Source: Ylistrum balloti (lineage: Eukaryota). Taken from it: a stretch of 64,000 bases of DNA. The translations under genes and the position numbers were made by a program. Below are positions 27,001-39,445 of the stretch, piece after piece. The stretch lies in NCBI RefSeq assembly GCF_031769215.1, contig NW_026782001.1:620001-684000 (forward strand). The letters run 5' to 3'. The stretch's first letter is position 1, and every line of letters begins with the position of its first letter. The notes under the pieces are model-generated. The model did no database searches. It saw only the letters and a program-made list of their open reading frames with translations, and was not told the DNA's origin.

Positions 27001-30000
27001 TCTGGCATATCACAACTTTCAAAATATCCATCCGGGAGAAATAGATAGATATATCCCCTCCCCCCTTAAAAAAAGTTTGCTTATAATATTGACGAGAAAT
27101 ACTATTAAGCAGGGATATTTTCATCGGAAACAAAAAAGAAGCTTGGCAGGGTAATCGAAGGTGTACTGAATTCCATAGATTCTGAGCTGTCTTCTGCTTA
27201 TTATTTCTTATATGGAAGTATGACCCATGCTAAGCACACAGGTCTTTTATGAGGTCTAATCCCGACCCTTGAGTCAGGTAGAAACAGGTTACATAATTAG
27301 TGGTAATTTAAATAAGACATGATATATCATATATTGGGTAGCTGCCTTTGGCGTTTCGTTTCTATCTACTATCTTAACTCGAGTGCCTCTTGTCGCTAGG
27401 GCACAATCCACCTTACCATCGGAACAGAACAGTGATCCGGTAATTGCATCTAATTGGCCATTTCTTATCTCTGAATGTTGATGCTAGAAACTGATGCTCG
27501 AACATGGTTGAGCTAATACACTTTTATGTATGTTTAGAACGAGGAAGCTGAGAAGTAGAGAACCAATTGAACTTCCATAAACGGCATTAACGTCACATGT
27601 ATTGCCGTGCACGTGCCCGACCATGCATATGTCCATGCATCATTCTGGCTTTGTGCCACCTGGAAAACAGTTTTGATATTAGTAAGTACATTCAAGCATC
27701 GAATAAACCAACTTTTATATGATAACGAAGAACGTTGATTTATCTGTTAACACTCAATCAAATAAGATTTCTAAACCTGTGACAGTTATTGTGGCGCGCC
27801 CGCGGTTTTACTCTGCTGGGGTTTGTGGCTTTTTGGACCCAATTAGATACACAGTCGAGTCTTTAAAATAATAATTATAATTAGGGTAGCGTATGCGTAA
27901 TCGTCAGAACGAATGAATCAACTTTAGTGATTTTAAAGGTTTTCTTTGCATTCATTGTAAACGTGTTTGTAGTCTAAATCTGCCGCTATAGATTTTGTAT
28001 TGTTAACGGAGGTAGCGCAATACAGTTCTGTACATATCAAAGTGCCATTAGCGAAGACAAGATAGTACAATAAAGTGTCGATGCCAATCAGCACTGAATG
28101 GAAGCACGAACATATTGTCTGTAGGTGACAATCCTGGGAGTGTATGATTGTCGACGTCCTGTGCCTTTGTTATATACCTCGACAGTAACTTCTGTAAATG
28201 TATCAGGTCTCATACAATACATGGATACAAGAGTCAAATTTTAGTAGGAAATAAATCAAATATGTTACATAGGACGTGTTGTGTTTGAAACAGTTGATAG
28301 CATCTCCGGCACTTGATACATGAAGCTGTAAGTAATTCTAACACGGATATGTGAATGAATATTTTTATAGCTGTCGTCCACGATTCATTTACCAAGTAGA
28401 TGTCAGTAAAGAAAAAACGTGTTTTTGTTTATAGAGCTATCATGTTTTACAACATGTCGATATAACATTGTAAATATGAACATAAGAAAAATATAAAAAT
28501 ACATGACATGTTTTATCTCGATTCCGTATGTTTAAATAGGAATCAAATCTTTGGTTAATTTACAAAAGATATTATTTGTCTTCAGACTGATGAAATACGA
28601 AAAAATATTTCATCAAATGAACACGGATGGTAGATTCTGTTTAGCAAAAGACAAATGTTTTAAAAGTTTTAAAATATTCTCGAAAAACAACGTTTTTATC
28701 AGAGCTCGTTTATATCATACATTCTAAACCGTTTTATGGCGCACATAGTGTTGCACGAAAACATAATCTCATTTGTAACGTCACAATATCAACCCTGGAA
28801 ACGTGACTGCTACATAGTTTACTTTGATTAAGTTAAATTATCATATCATTATTTAGAATAAGTAACAAAGAAAAACAAAAAAATACAACGCGATATCAGT
28901 AATAATTGTGGAATATGATCACTTCACAGCCCTTCACCAAAATACATTTTTTCATTCTTTTTATTTTATTTTCCCATTATTTTTTTCCAATATGTCATGA
29001 ATGCATTACTTAAATAAGGAATATATTCATTGAATTGCTCTGTATTACCTTAGCGTTATAACTTTAAGGTGAAAATACGTGAAATTTGTAAGTGTTCCTT
29101 TATTTCATTGTTTTTCAATTTTGAAATTTTGTTAATCCACAGAAGTCCGGATTCCTTCCTCGTTAGTGGCTTCCTAATACAACAACGATTCTGAAGTTCA
29201 CAACATCATAGGGACACCTGCTATTGGGTGGGTAGGGGACGATATTCTATAGAAACGACAACATATAATCTAAACCATAAGCAAAGACTCTACACGCATA
29301 ACCGTCGTCTCACCAGACGAAACCATTTATTTAACAGATGTACGTTTTTTTTAATGAACAAAAAGATCTATACTCTCAAAGCACAATGTCGAGAATGCAT
29401 TCACCTACACTAAAACAAACATTGACCGTTTCTGATGTCTTGTACGGTGTTTCAGAATTATCTAATTTTTTTATCGTTGGGATTCTCATGAAGGGTACCA
29501 AATCAATGTTAATCTCCTTAAGTTGACTTTGAAATGATGAATAAAACTGCAATTAAATGTACCCAATCTACGTTATCAGGTTAAGGCTTTTATCCGTCCT
29601 GTAATTGTGTAATTTGATGACACGATGTTTGAAGGACTTGAAGGACGAAGTTGCGTTTCGCAATCGTGTCTGTCAAATAAATTGTATCGGTAATATTTAT
29701 TCAATTATGAAGACCGACTCACGATTGGGGAAAAGGTAAGGCTTGTCGAAGATATTTTGTTGTAATTATTTAGAAAAAAAATGGAGGGGGGCGGGAGCGG
29801 AATTAACCAGTTCTACTTACATAATTGTAAGTAATTGTAAAAGTTACGCAGCGAAAGAAAAAAAACTTAAATCGACTTAGAAATCTCGATTTCTAGGGGT
29901 TTAGAAGTTAGAAAGAAAACATTTACACACGGGAGTGTTAACTCTCTTAAGATATTTTTATTTTCCACTGATCGTCTCTCTTTAGATCATTCAATTAAAA

Positions 30001-31925
30001 CTTGAATTTATGCGTGAATCTCAGAAATCCTACTACACCGAGAAAAATTGTTTATTCAATTCACTACAAGCCTTCTAAAAAGAGCAAGCATTTGTGTTTA
30101 AGTTTAGAAAATGATTTTAAACATGTAGACGGCTCCATCTATACGGGTACTGATATTAGTGTGTATGCTTTAATTGTCTTTATTACAGTTTCAGATCAAT
30201 GTATACACTGTATTGCGTGTCGAGCAAGAGTATAAATACAGTTATATAAAAGGACAGTGTTCAGCGGACTGTCTGAGAATGCTGGAGCCCTTATGTAGAC
30301 AAGAAAATGCCATCACTAGAAAAATGAAGTAAACGTTTTACAAGTAGTTAATAACAATTGCAAACATGTGTACTATACCTATGCTAATATGAATCTGTGT
30401 CTGACATTCCCATCCTGACCGCTATACATAGAAACTCCGGCTATGGTGGATGTTCGGTTTATAGCCCAATTTATGTACCCACAAAGACCTATTATAGAAC
30501 ATGATGATGTTTTTTTCCAGACACTGGTGTATACTTAACAATCAAGTACATGCATGTTTATAATTCTGTTATTTGGTTAAGTATGATGATGTAAAATAAA
30601 TTAAGTTTAAACCTCTACTAAATAGCGCCATTGGAGTAATAAACATAGATAATTGGTTTATATCCACAAAGCGTATTGGACATTGTAAGATATAGAATAA
30701 CAGAATAGTTTGTTTCGATTTTCCAAGTTTTTCATCTTCCGCATTCGGCTTATAATATATTTAAATTAATTGATTTAACTTGACGTAATAATGTCAATTC
30801 CATGTACTTTTGTTAAAACTTGGAAGCGATCACACTATAAAGTTGGTTTACGTTTTCGTCATTGAATCAAGAGCTCTAATGATCACCATTCATTATGCAC
30901 TCTAGGCTTCAGCATTGTAATTTCAAAAACAAATGGACATTCCGTCAAATTTCATTAATTTAGGTCTTGTGCTCGTTTTATATTACTCAAATTATTCCAT
31001 ACGCCTCAATGAAAAGGCAATGCCAAGCTATATAAATTACTGGTTTTTTACGAAAGGTTTCCCGGGAAGGTTTTATGAACTAAAGTGAACGAACGAAAAT
31101 CAAATCAAACCTTTAACTTTTGCAAATTTTATCATTATAAAGAGAAGAAATGCTTTGAAATGGACACTAATTGTATTTGACAGAGCACGGAGGTATTACA
31201 AAAAGCGTTTGTTTAAGATGTCAATAACGGAGACCCGCTTCGGCTAGTGGTAGGATTGATTACGTCATAACCAGTCTGTTATCGGGTCTCTGTTCCTTAG
31301 ATCATCTTACAATGTATACCTTCTAAATGATGTCATTATTGATAAACAACTGTCTACTTCACAACATTTGAAATTCCCTCAGGAATAACTTGTAACAACC
31401 TATCGGTACACGATTCTCCTCCTCTTACAACCTCTGCTTTTACACCATTTTTCGTTATGTCTTCACACTCTTCACAAACATCGAAATGACAATTTAATAT
31501 CACTTTGCTAGACTCTACATTTATTCTTGTCATATACTAACAATAGCCGAAAATTACGATAGAAAATAATACTTGCATACATTTCCACGATATAAAAATA
31601 AAATAATGTTTTAGTTAATTTTTCTTTTGGTACTGTTTGCAAATATCAAACGGTATTTAGCTGTTGTATAATATCAGATAAACTTGGTAGAGAAAATTAG
31701 AATGCTTCGACATCGCGTGGTAACGGAATTATCTGAAAACATTTCTTACTTGGCATTTTATACACTTCGATTTATATAGTAATGATCGGATAAAATGTGA
31801 TGCGATAATTTTTTAAGAATTAAATGCAGTCTTATCGCTAATATTTCTTTCAAATGATGAAATTATTAATGATAAAAAGGTATGATTTCTTATTTAATGC
31901 ATAGATAATATTGTCATAGACTTAC

Positions 31926-31977
31926 CTGATGTTAGGTGACAATGAAGTAGCAGTAATATAGGTAAAATGTATTTCAT
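31926..31977 (-). CDS. myomodulin: Myomodulin precursor, coding exon 1 (signal peptide MKYILPILLLLHCHLTS + first base of Gly codon)
   Basis: The minus strand reads ATG AAA TAC ATT TTA CCT ATA TTA CTG CTA CTT CAT TGT CAC CTA ACA TCA G|GTAAGT. This is 52 nt, with a basic residue then a hydrophobic core and a perfect donor consensus. Its phase 1 matches the exon-2 acceptor exactly (G+GT = Gly). There is no upstream ATG in the inferred 5'UTR. Confidence 0.9.
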
Positions 31978-32112
31978 CCTAATCTCCAACACACACCAGC
32001 TATCCAAAAAGTCACGTAAATGATAGACAAGCAATGTCCGTCACGCAATGTCCAGTGTTTGGTGGCTGCAGTGGATCACAGTTGATGCTGAGCGCTTGCC
32101 GTATGCCACCTT

Positions 32113-32290
32113 TGTTGTCGTAACGGGTGATACCGCTCTTATATCTTAGCTGTGACGGAAAGTGACGCCAACCATCCAACCATCGAATCATTGATCTACG
32201 ATTAACTCTTTTGTCAGTGAAATCTGTATTCGGTTAGGACACGCCCCTCCTAGCGACGAAATCAGTTGCCGCATCCAATCGTTGACTAAG
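32113..32290 (-). promoter_or_regulatory. Putative myomodulin proximal promoter
   Basis: TATAAGA at 32143-32137 (minus), about 30 nt from a CA initiator-like dinucleotide at 32114-32113. TGACG half-CREs at 32153 and 32163, a GC/KLF-type CACGCCCC at 32240-32247 and CCAAT at 32275-32279. The TSS is inferred from spacing only. Confidence 0.6.
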
Positions 32291-35232
32291 AGAAATAACC
32301 ATTGTTGCCCAAACTGCCTTTCCCTTGGGCCCTACCCTTGAACACGTAGTGAATGACAATGATAATGGCATGATTGTCTCCCACTCGAGTACATTAAATT
32401 AAAGCGTACCTTGACGTGTGGGGTGCCAGTCTTCAGACTAGTTTACATGGTTTATAGCCAATAATCCCTAGGTCTTTCATCAGATTAGTGACCAGTTTTC
32501 TGTGGGACATTCTCTCGTTAAGCTGTGCACTGTTTTAAGGATGATATATTTGTGCAATTGTTTTCATTACATTCTCTCTACCTGAAATCTCTGTTACATT
32601 AACGTTCAGTTACGTAATGCCTGTCTTTGAAGTTATTGTTCGTTTAGATGTTTTTTTTATTCATTGAAACCTTTTATCTGCTAACGAAACTGATATTTTC
32701 ATTGGATCTACAGACCAGGGAAATATTGTTGAATCGAAAAATCACCAAACATGTTTGCTATCATTGGCACGTTTTACTTTAGATATGATACCCATATGTA
32801 GTAGACGCACACTCTGACAATTATCCTAATTGTCTTAACTGTATTTTCATGCTAAGGACCTTTTTTCTTAAGACCATTTTCCTGCTTAAGCTGAAGTTAA
32901 GGGTTCAAACCACACAGTTATTGCTTTTCTTGGAGACCGACCTTGTACCATGGCAATTACTTGTGAAAAGGTAAAAGGATAAAATGAATTCCCATATACC
33001 TTAAACCTGAATCAGAACAAAACATACCACAATTCCTCACTCCCTCCTCTTCGATCTCGAGACTCGAATTTCCAACTCATAATTTGCAATTTTCAACTGT
33101 AATATAGTTTTCTTTCTTTCTTTATCGGACTGCATTATTTTAAGGTTGAAGTTATGTTTGTTTGTAGGTAACGATTTATGGTTTTCTGTGCTGAGAACAG
33201 CAAACATGTCAATACCACTAGTGCGTAGAATTATTTCTGAATGGTTTTGAATATTGAGATTTGATACGATCAATGAGCGATATTAATTATCTAGACCACT
33301 TTTACTTGGGTAAAATGGTATTGTCCATCCATATAATATTTCTAATGCGTATATTGATTTCCGATAAATTCTAGAACCTTGTCAGGTCCTTCTCCACAAC
33401 AGTTGAATCATTTTTAGCAGTTTGCTTTTCATTTTTGTACAAACAAGACAAATTCTGAAATATTTTGCCTTTTAAAAAATCAGAGTAGACTTTTCTGAGA
33501 TTCTGCTGATAAAAAAATCATGGTGTTGTCCTCTTTGACTCGATCGATGTTTAGTGGTATTTCTTTTTCCATTTTAAAACAATGCTTTTGGTCCAAAATA
33601 GACATGTTCAAAGATGTATATATAGAAAGACTTGATTGTTCTGACAGACAACTGTTGTGTAACACACACCCTGGAACCAACTGTGTTCATAATTGTTTCC
33701 GATGTTGATTCGTTTGGCTATCCTTATTCTATGGTTATCATGGACTGTCCATTCTTCTGTATTTACACAGCAGTAAAATTAGGTATCGTACCTCTTCTAT
33801 CTACCTATGATGTTCGTAAATCCATCAACAGAATTAAACCTGTTGTGACTTAGAACAAAACCAAATCAAAATAATCTAAAGACGACATATGATAAGCATC
33901 AGTTATTGGAACAAGGTACAAATGCATATTGAACAACTCACTGATTGAATCATATACTCTTTCAACAATACTTCCGAAAGGATTGTCATTGCGTTTCTCT
34001 ATGGAAGAATTTGAAACCATGAAAGACCATGCCTGATTATCGCGTGATGCCGTTTCAAATACGGATTACTGTGATACTGCAGGGAACCATTTTACCGAGT
34101 GAATAGGAAGAAAAGGCTACAATCATAACCTGATATCACGTTACTATCGCAGCTTCCATTATATCATGATTTTTTTTCAACCTGACATTTCACTTTTAAT
34201 CTCATTATCATTTACATCATTCGCTACGAATTTCCGCCCACCCCCCCTAAAAAAAAAAAAAAAAAATTGTACCAAGGTTCCCCTGAATGCGTTTTGTTTA
34301 AGAAATGTTTCATTGAATATTAGAACTAATGCTATGTTGAATAAGCTCAAGTGATATAAACTTTTTAAGACGTCAGTTACATTGGTATTGTATTGTACAG
34401 TCAATTGGACACCTTTAAGAGACAAAGTTCAAAAATTAAAAAACGGTCCTTTCTAAGGCAAACCAAGATTTCGATAGAGCAGTATAGAGAGAAAACATAA
34501 ATTAGAACAACCAATACATAACAGTTAATATGTCGCTACATACCAGATATCAGCAGACAAAATCTTAAAACCAAGTCCATCCACTACAGCATAGAGAATT
34601 CAGTAACACAGCTGCAAGTCCATAAGAAACAACCAATGTTACGGAAGGGGAAACGTTGTTCTAAATATCAAACCCAAAATATTTCCGCGTAAGTATTTAC
34701 AAGAAAATTACACGTTTGAATATATTTTAATTAGATACAACAGAAATAAATATTCAATAAACTGCAACATACAATAACGGACTCCTTCAACCACTTTCAA
34801 TTATGCTAGAGACCTTAGGAAAAAGCGTTCGACTTGATATACTCACAAAACCTTAATCAATCTTAATTTTCGTTTCTTACGGAAAGTACCATAAAGGTTA
34901 TCATTCAAACCTAATTGTATTTCTATCCGGATGAACAGTCGTAGACACTAATGTGGACATATACAGTATCCTTGATAGACGTGGCTGGATTGTAATGGTA
35001 GCAGGGGACAATGGTACGGTATTTAAGGTAGACAAATACTATTGGGAGTACAGTACAAGGCATTAGATACCACAGATTGGCGCTCATAGACGTTTGTTAA
35101 ATCCTATAGAATTATACAACCGAACTAAACAAATGATGTTGTCTGTGGACGTGATCAATACGTACTGCTCGTGAAGAATATACAGCCGTCAACACACAAG
35201 TATGTCAAAGAGTCAGACATTAGGGTCTGCTT

Positions 35233-36540
35233 ACACGGAACACAGGTACTCCAGACAGTGATGTCATTATACACGGGACACAGGTACTCCAGACAGTGAT
35301 GTCATTATACACGGGACACAGGTACTCCAGACAGTGATTTCATTATACACGGGACACAGGTACTCCAGACACCGATGTCATTATACACGGGACACAGTTA
35401 CTCCAGACAGTGATGTCATTATACACGGGACACAGGTACTCCAGACAGTGATGTCATTATACACGGGACACAGGGACTCCAGACAGTGATGTCATTATAC
35501 ACGGGACACCGGTACTCCAGACACCGATGTCATTATACACGGGACACAGTTACTCCAGACAGTGATTTCATTATACACGGGACACAGGTACTCCAGACAC
35601 CGATGTCATTATACACGGGACACAGGTACTCCAGATAGTGATGTCATTATACACGGGACACAGTTACTCCAGACACCGATGTCATTATACACGGGACACA
35701 GGTACTCCAGACAGTGATGTCATTATACACGGGACACAGGGACTCCAGACAGTGATGTCATTATACACGGGACACAGGTACTCCAGACAGCGATGTCATT
35801 ATACACGGGACACAGGTACTCCAGACAGTGATGTCGTTATACACGAGACACAGGTACTCCAGGCAGTGATGTCATTATACACGAGACACAGGTACTCCAG
35901 ACAGTGATGTCATTATACACGGGACACAGGTACTCCAGACAGTGATGTCATTATACACGGGACACAGGTACTCCAGACAGTGATGTCATTATACACGGGA
36001 CACAGGTACTCCAGACAGTGATGTCATTATACACGGAACACAGGTACTCCAGACAGCGATGTCATTATACACGGGACACAGGTACTCCAGACAGCGATAT
36101 CATTATACACGAGACACAGGTACTCCAGATAGTGATGTCATTATACACGGGACACAGGTACTCCAGATAGTGATGTCATTATACACGGGACACAGGTACT
36201 CCAGACAGCGATATCATTATACACGTGACACAGGTACTCCAGACAGCGATGTCATTATACACGGAACACAGGTACTCCAGACAGTGATGTCATTATACAC
36301 GGAACACAGGTACTCCAGACAGCGATGTCATTATACACGTGACACAGGTACTCCAGACAGCGATATCATTATACACGAGACACAGGTACTCCAGATAGTG
36401 ATGTCATTATACACGGGACACAGGTACTCCAGACAGTGATGTCATTATACACGTGACACAGGTACTCCAGACAGTGATGTCATTATACACGTGACACAGG
36501 TAATCCAGACAGTGATGTCATTATACATGGGATACAAGGA
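35233..36540 (+). repeat. 38-bp minisatellite (about 34 copies)
   Basis: Unit cacaggtactccagacagtgatgtcattatacacggga with near-identical copies. It generates track ORFs 35638-35907 and 36059-36439. Confidence 0.97.
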
Positions 36541-36824
36541 CTCAGTACGAGTACACAAGAAACTCAGGTTATCCAGAATGTAACATTATTACACATGGGG
36601 CATCATTGTACTGCGCTCTCAGGTATTCTATATGAGTATAGAAAGATATGTATAGATCAGGATAATTTTCCTACCAACAGTTCTATGTTAATCAAAAATA
36701 AAAGTAGTCTCATCTTACAACTGTCTTAAGGTTTTTTTTGTGTTGAGGCGCCTTATCGTTATAGCGTTATACTCATATTGACGTCACCACAGAAAACATT
36801 CAGTGTCACGAGCTTAAAATATGA

Positions 36825-37291
36825 ACAAAATAAAAATAACACGGAGACTCCTGAAAAAGTAAAACGAGAATAGGACGGGTTGTACAAGGAGAGCAAACAT
36901 CATTTGCTTCATCGACGAAACCCGCCATGTAAACTTTGGTCAATCTAAGTAAGTTATGTCACGTCAACAAACAAGGTATACGACCACGAACTAACAGGCA
37001 GAGTAACGAACACATTCAGCTACATATCATACAAAAAATATCATATTTCTCAGAGATCACTATACTACCCGTACAACTTCCACATAAATTTCATTAACCT
37101 GCATCTTTAAAACCCAGTGTTACGAGTTTTCCCGTCAGCTGACGACTTCTTGCACAAAAAATAATGGGATAATGGGAACAAGTCATGTAATATCGAATCA
37201 ACTGCGGCATGTTAACACCATGTGCTGGAGATGCAGGAATGTTGCTATCTAAAAATGGAAAATTCAAAATAGAGAAATTGAAATCATCACA
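36825..37291 (-). mobile_element. Penelope-like retroelement remnant: RT C-terminus + 3' tail
   Basis: The minus strand translates DDFNFSILNFPFLDSNIPASPAHGVNMPQLIRY...RQLTGKLV..GF, then after a frameshift RLMKFMWKLYG*YSDL. This matches, from memory, the LYDKRDDFNF.IVNFPFL.SNIP..PAYGVYISQLIRY...KFYGRH C-terminal motif of abundant molluscan PLE-type RTs. It is followed by the shared 3' tail. Confidence 0.75.
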
Positions 37292-39024
37292 CTACAGAGT
37301 GAGAGTAACTCCAGTATAGGTTCCGTATTAGTCTAATAAAGCAATGTTTTCAAGGTGTTTTGAATAAAGACATAGTGAAGTAAAAGTAGCTTAGTTTTGT
37401 TAGAAACAGAATCTTCAGATCGTTACCGTTTTCTATAAGGTTCATGGATCTTGTTATGCAACGCGTATACAAGCAAATGAAACATACACTTCAAATATGT
37501 AACCGCACATTGTTCCAGACATTTAGACAGTACTAGAGTCAGCACAATTTTATATGATACATTACAACTCTGATATGTATTCACTATAAAAGTAAGGATC
37601 AGATTTAGGAAATATTTCAAAGATTAGGGATTTCACTAACATATTCCAATTTCAACATGTGATCTGTGAAATGACTTGTATTTTGGCTGTAATCGCCGAT
37701 CAAGGTATTATACTGGTGTTATGTCAGGAGCGGTTATGCGGAACCTCAGTACGATGGCTAAATCGTGACAGTAAAGCTTCTGTGAGCTTCTGCTATCCTA
37801 TTATATGAATCCATTTTTCTACCTACATTTACAATGATAAGCACTCCTTTATTTTATGTTTCGTATACCTGAGGCCTATGTTGTAGGTTCTGACTGGAAG
37901 TTATCATTTTGTTACAGTATTGTGATTTGGTATGATCATTTAAGGTCTAAACAACTGAAGTTAAGACTAAAATAACTTTGTAAGACACAAATGACCAATA
38001 TCTTATACATAACATGGCCTGAACTTAACGTTCAACCTTGATCGATTACCACGTCAATACCATAACTGCATATTATAATACTATGATTGGGTAAATATTA
38101 ACCACAGCTGTTGAAAAGTTCACACAAAATGACATTGAATCGGCACAGAATTCGATGGAACGGGAAATGGGTAACATTAGGAGAGTGGAAGGGGTCATAT
38201 TTAACCTTGAACCTTGACCGATGACCATCTGAATACGATATGGGGTAGAACTTGATGCTATGAGATAGTGGTGAATTTGAACCAATCAGCTGAGCGCACA
38301 CACAATGACTTTGAATCGAAAGGCGTCTCGACGGAAAGGGCAAACAGAGTGAAAATGCTTCCGTAGGACTGACTACGTGTCTACATCTATCGCATCTAAT
38401 ACTTGTCACTAACTTTACGTATTGGATGACGACAATAACGTTTTATTCCCGCACCATATTAGTTTTTGAAAAGTCTTAAGAGAACGAAGAACTCTAAAAC
38501 AACAAATAAAACTAAGTGGTTTCTTTAAACTTCGTTGTGTAAATCATAACAGATAATGGGATTTGCAGACATTGCCAATGGTAACAATACTGCCCCACAT
38601 ACCGTTTCGATAAAGGTAATTTTATATTTGAAATATAACTTGCAATAGTGATCCTCCTCATTAATTTCGATGACGGTCACTCTAGTCTTTTCAGTAGGAA
38701 ATTTAGAATTTCGTATAATTCTTTTCCACTTCTAGAATATCTAATTACCATCTTTGCATAAATGAATACTTCCAATAATATTTCTATTCAGTAACAATAA
38801 CGACAATTATTTAGAAACCTGTCAGACTCATACAGTACCGCGCATTGTTTAACGGTGTGCCATACTGGTCAGTGGAGTCCTTTCTGTAACTCATCTTAAT
38901 AGAGTCAGTTCTACGATCAATGTGTGGTAAGCACTACAGAATAAGTGAACTACATTTTCAGCTACATATTTACCCAGCTCGATATTACAATAATCTCATG
39001 ATATCATTGATAAATATTCTTTTT

Positions 39025-39290
39025 GTGACATGAAGCTTGTCGTGTTTGATGCTCGTTAATTTGCCCGTTGGTTCCGTTGTTGTATACCTTGTTCTCATAC
39101 GAGAACGTGACATTACTTGGATTAACGAAGGTTTTCATGGCGGGTGTCGTCGATAAAGCAGAAGATGTTTACTCTTCCGGAAAACCTGGTCTTATTCTCT
39201 TTGTAATTTTCTTGGTATTTCTTGATGTTTTATTTTTTTTCCAGCTCTTTTTCCATATTCCAGTTTGTACATCTTGCCAGTCTATATACA
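39025..39290 (+). mobile_element. 3' tail fragment of the Penelope-like family
   Basis: gttgttgtataccttgttctcatacgagaacgtgacattac...catggcgggtgtcgtcgataaagcagaagatgtttactcttccggaaaacctggtc. This explains track ORF 39068-39304. Confidence 0.65.
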
Positions 39291-39389
39291 ATATGTCTGA
39301 CTAGAGCGTACAATTGGAGGCATTGCATAGCGGTTGTTCTGATACAAATATAGAGATGGATACAACAGAGCCAAACAATGAATTAAACT

Positions 39390-39445
39390 GCATCATGCAG
39401 CAGTTTCGTCTCTCTAAAGCTCTTCTGTGATGCGAAGGGCCTAGA
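39390..39445 (-). ncRNA. Hammerhead ribozyme motif, degenerate copy
   Basis: The minus strand reads ctaggcccttcGCATCA CAGAAGA GCTT tagag AGAC GAAA CTGCTG CA TGATGC. Stem I is a perfect 6-bp helix, the core has a U4-to-A change, and the triplet is GCA. Confidence 0.55.

Larger units (their letters stand above)
17740..31925 (-). other. Myomodulin intron 1 (14,186 bp, GT-AG, phase 1)
   Basis: Donor GTAAGT at 31925-31920 and acceptor TTTTTCAG ending at 17740. A branch-point-like TGTAAC lies about 30 nt upstream of the acceptor. An undetected small internal exon cannot be excluded. Confidence 0.8.

Noticed and set aside
35638-36439. Repetitive ORFs in the 38-bp array, and the array as a possible CRISPR
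   Set aside because: Units are head-to-tail with no unique spacers, there are no cas genes, and the DNA is eukaryotic. The ORFs are translation artefacts.
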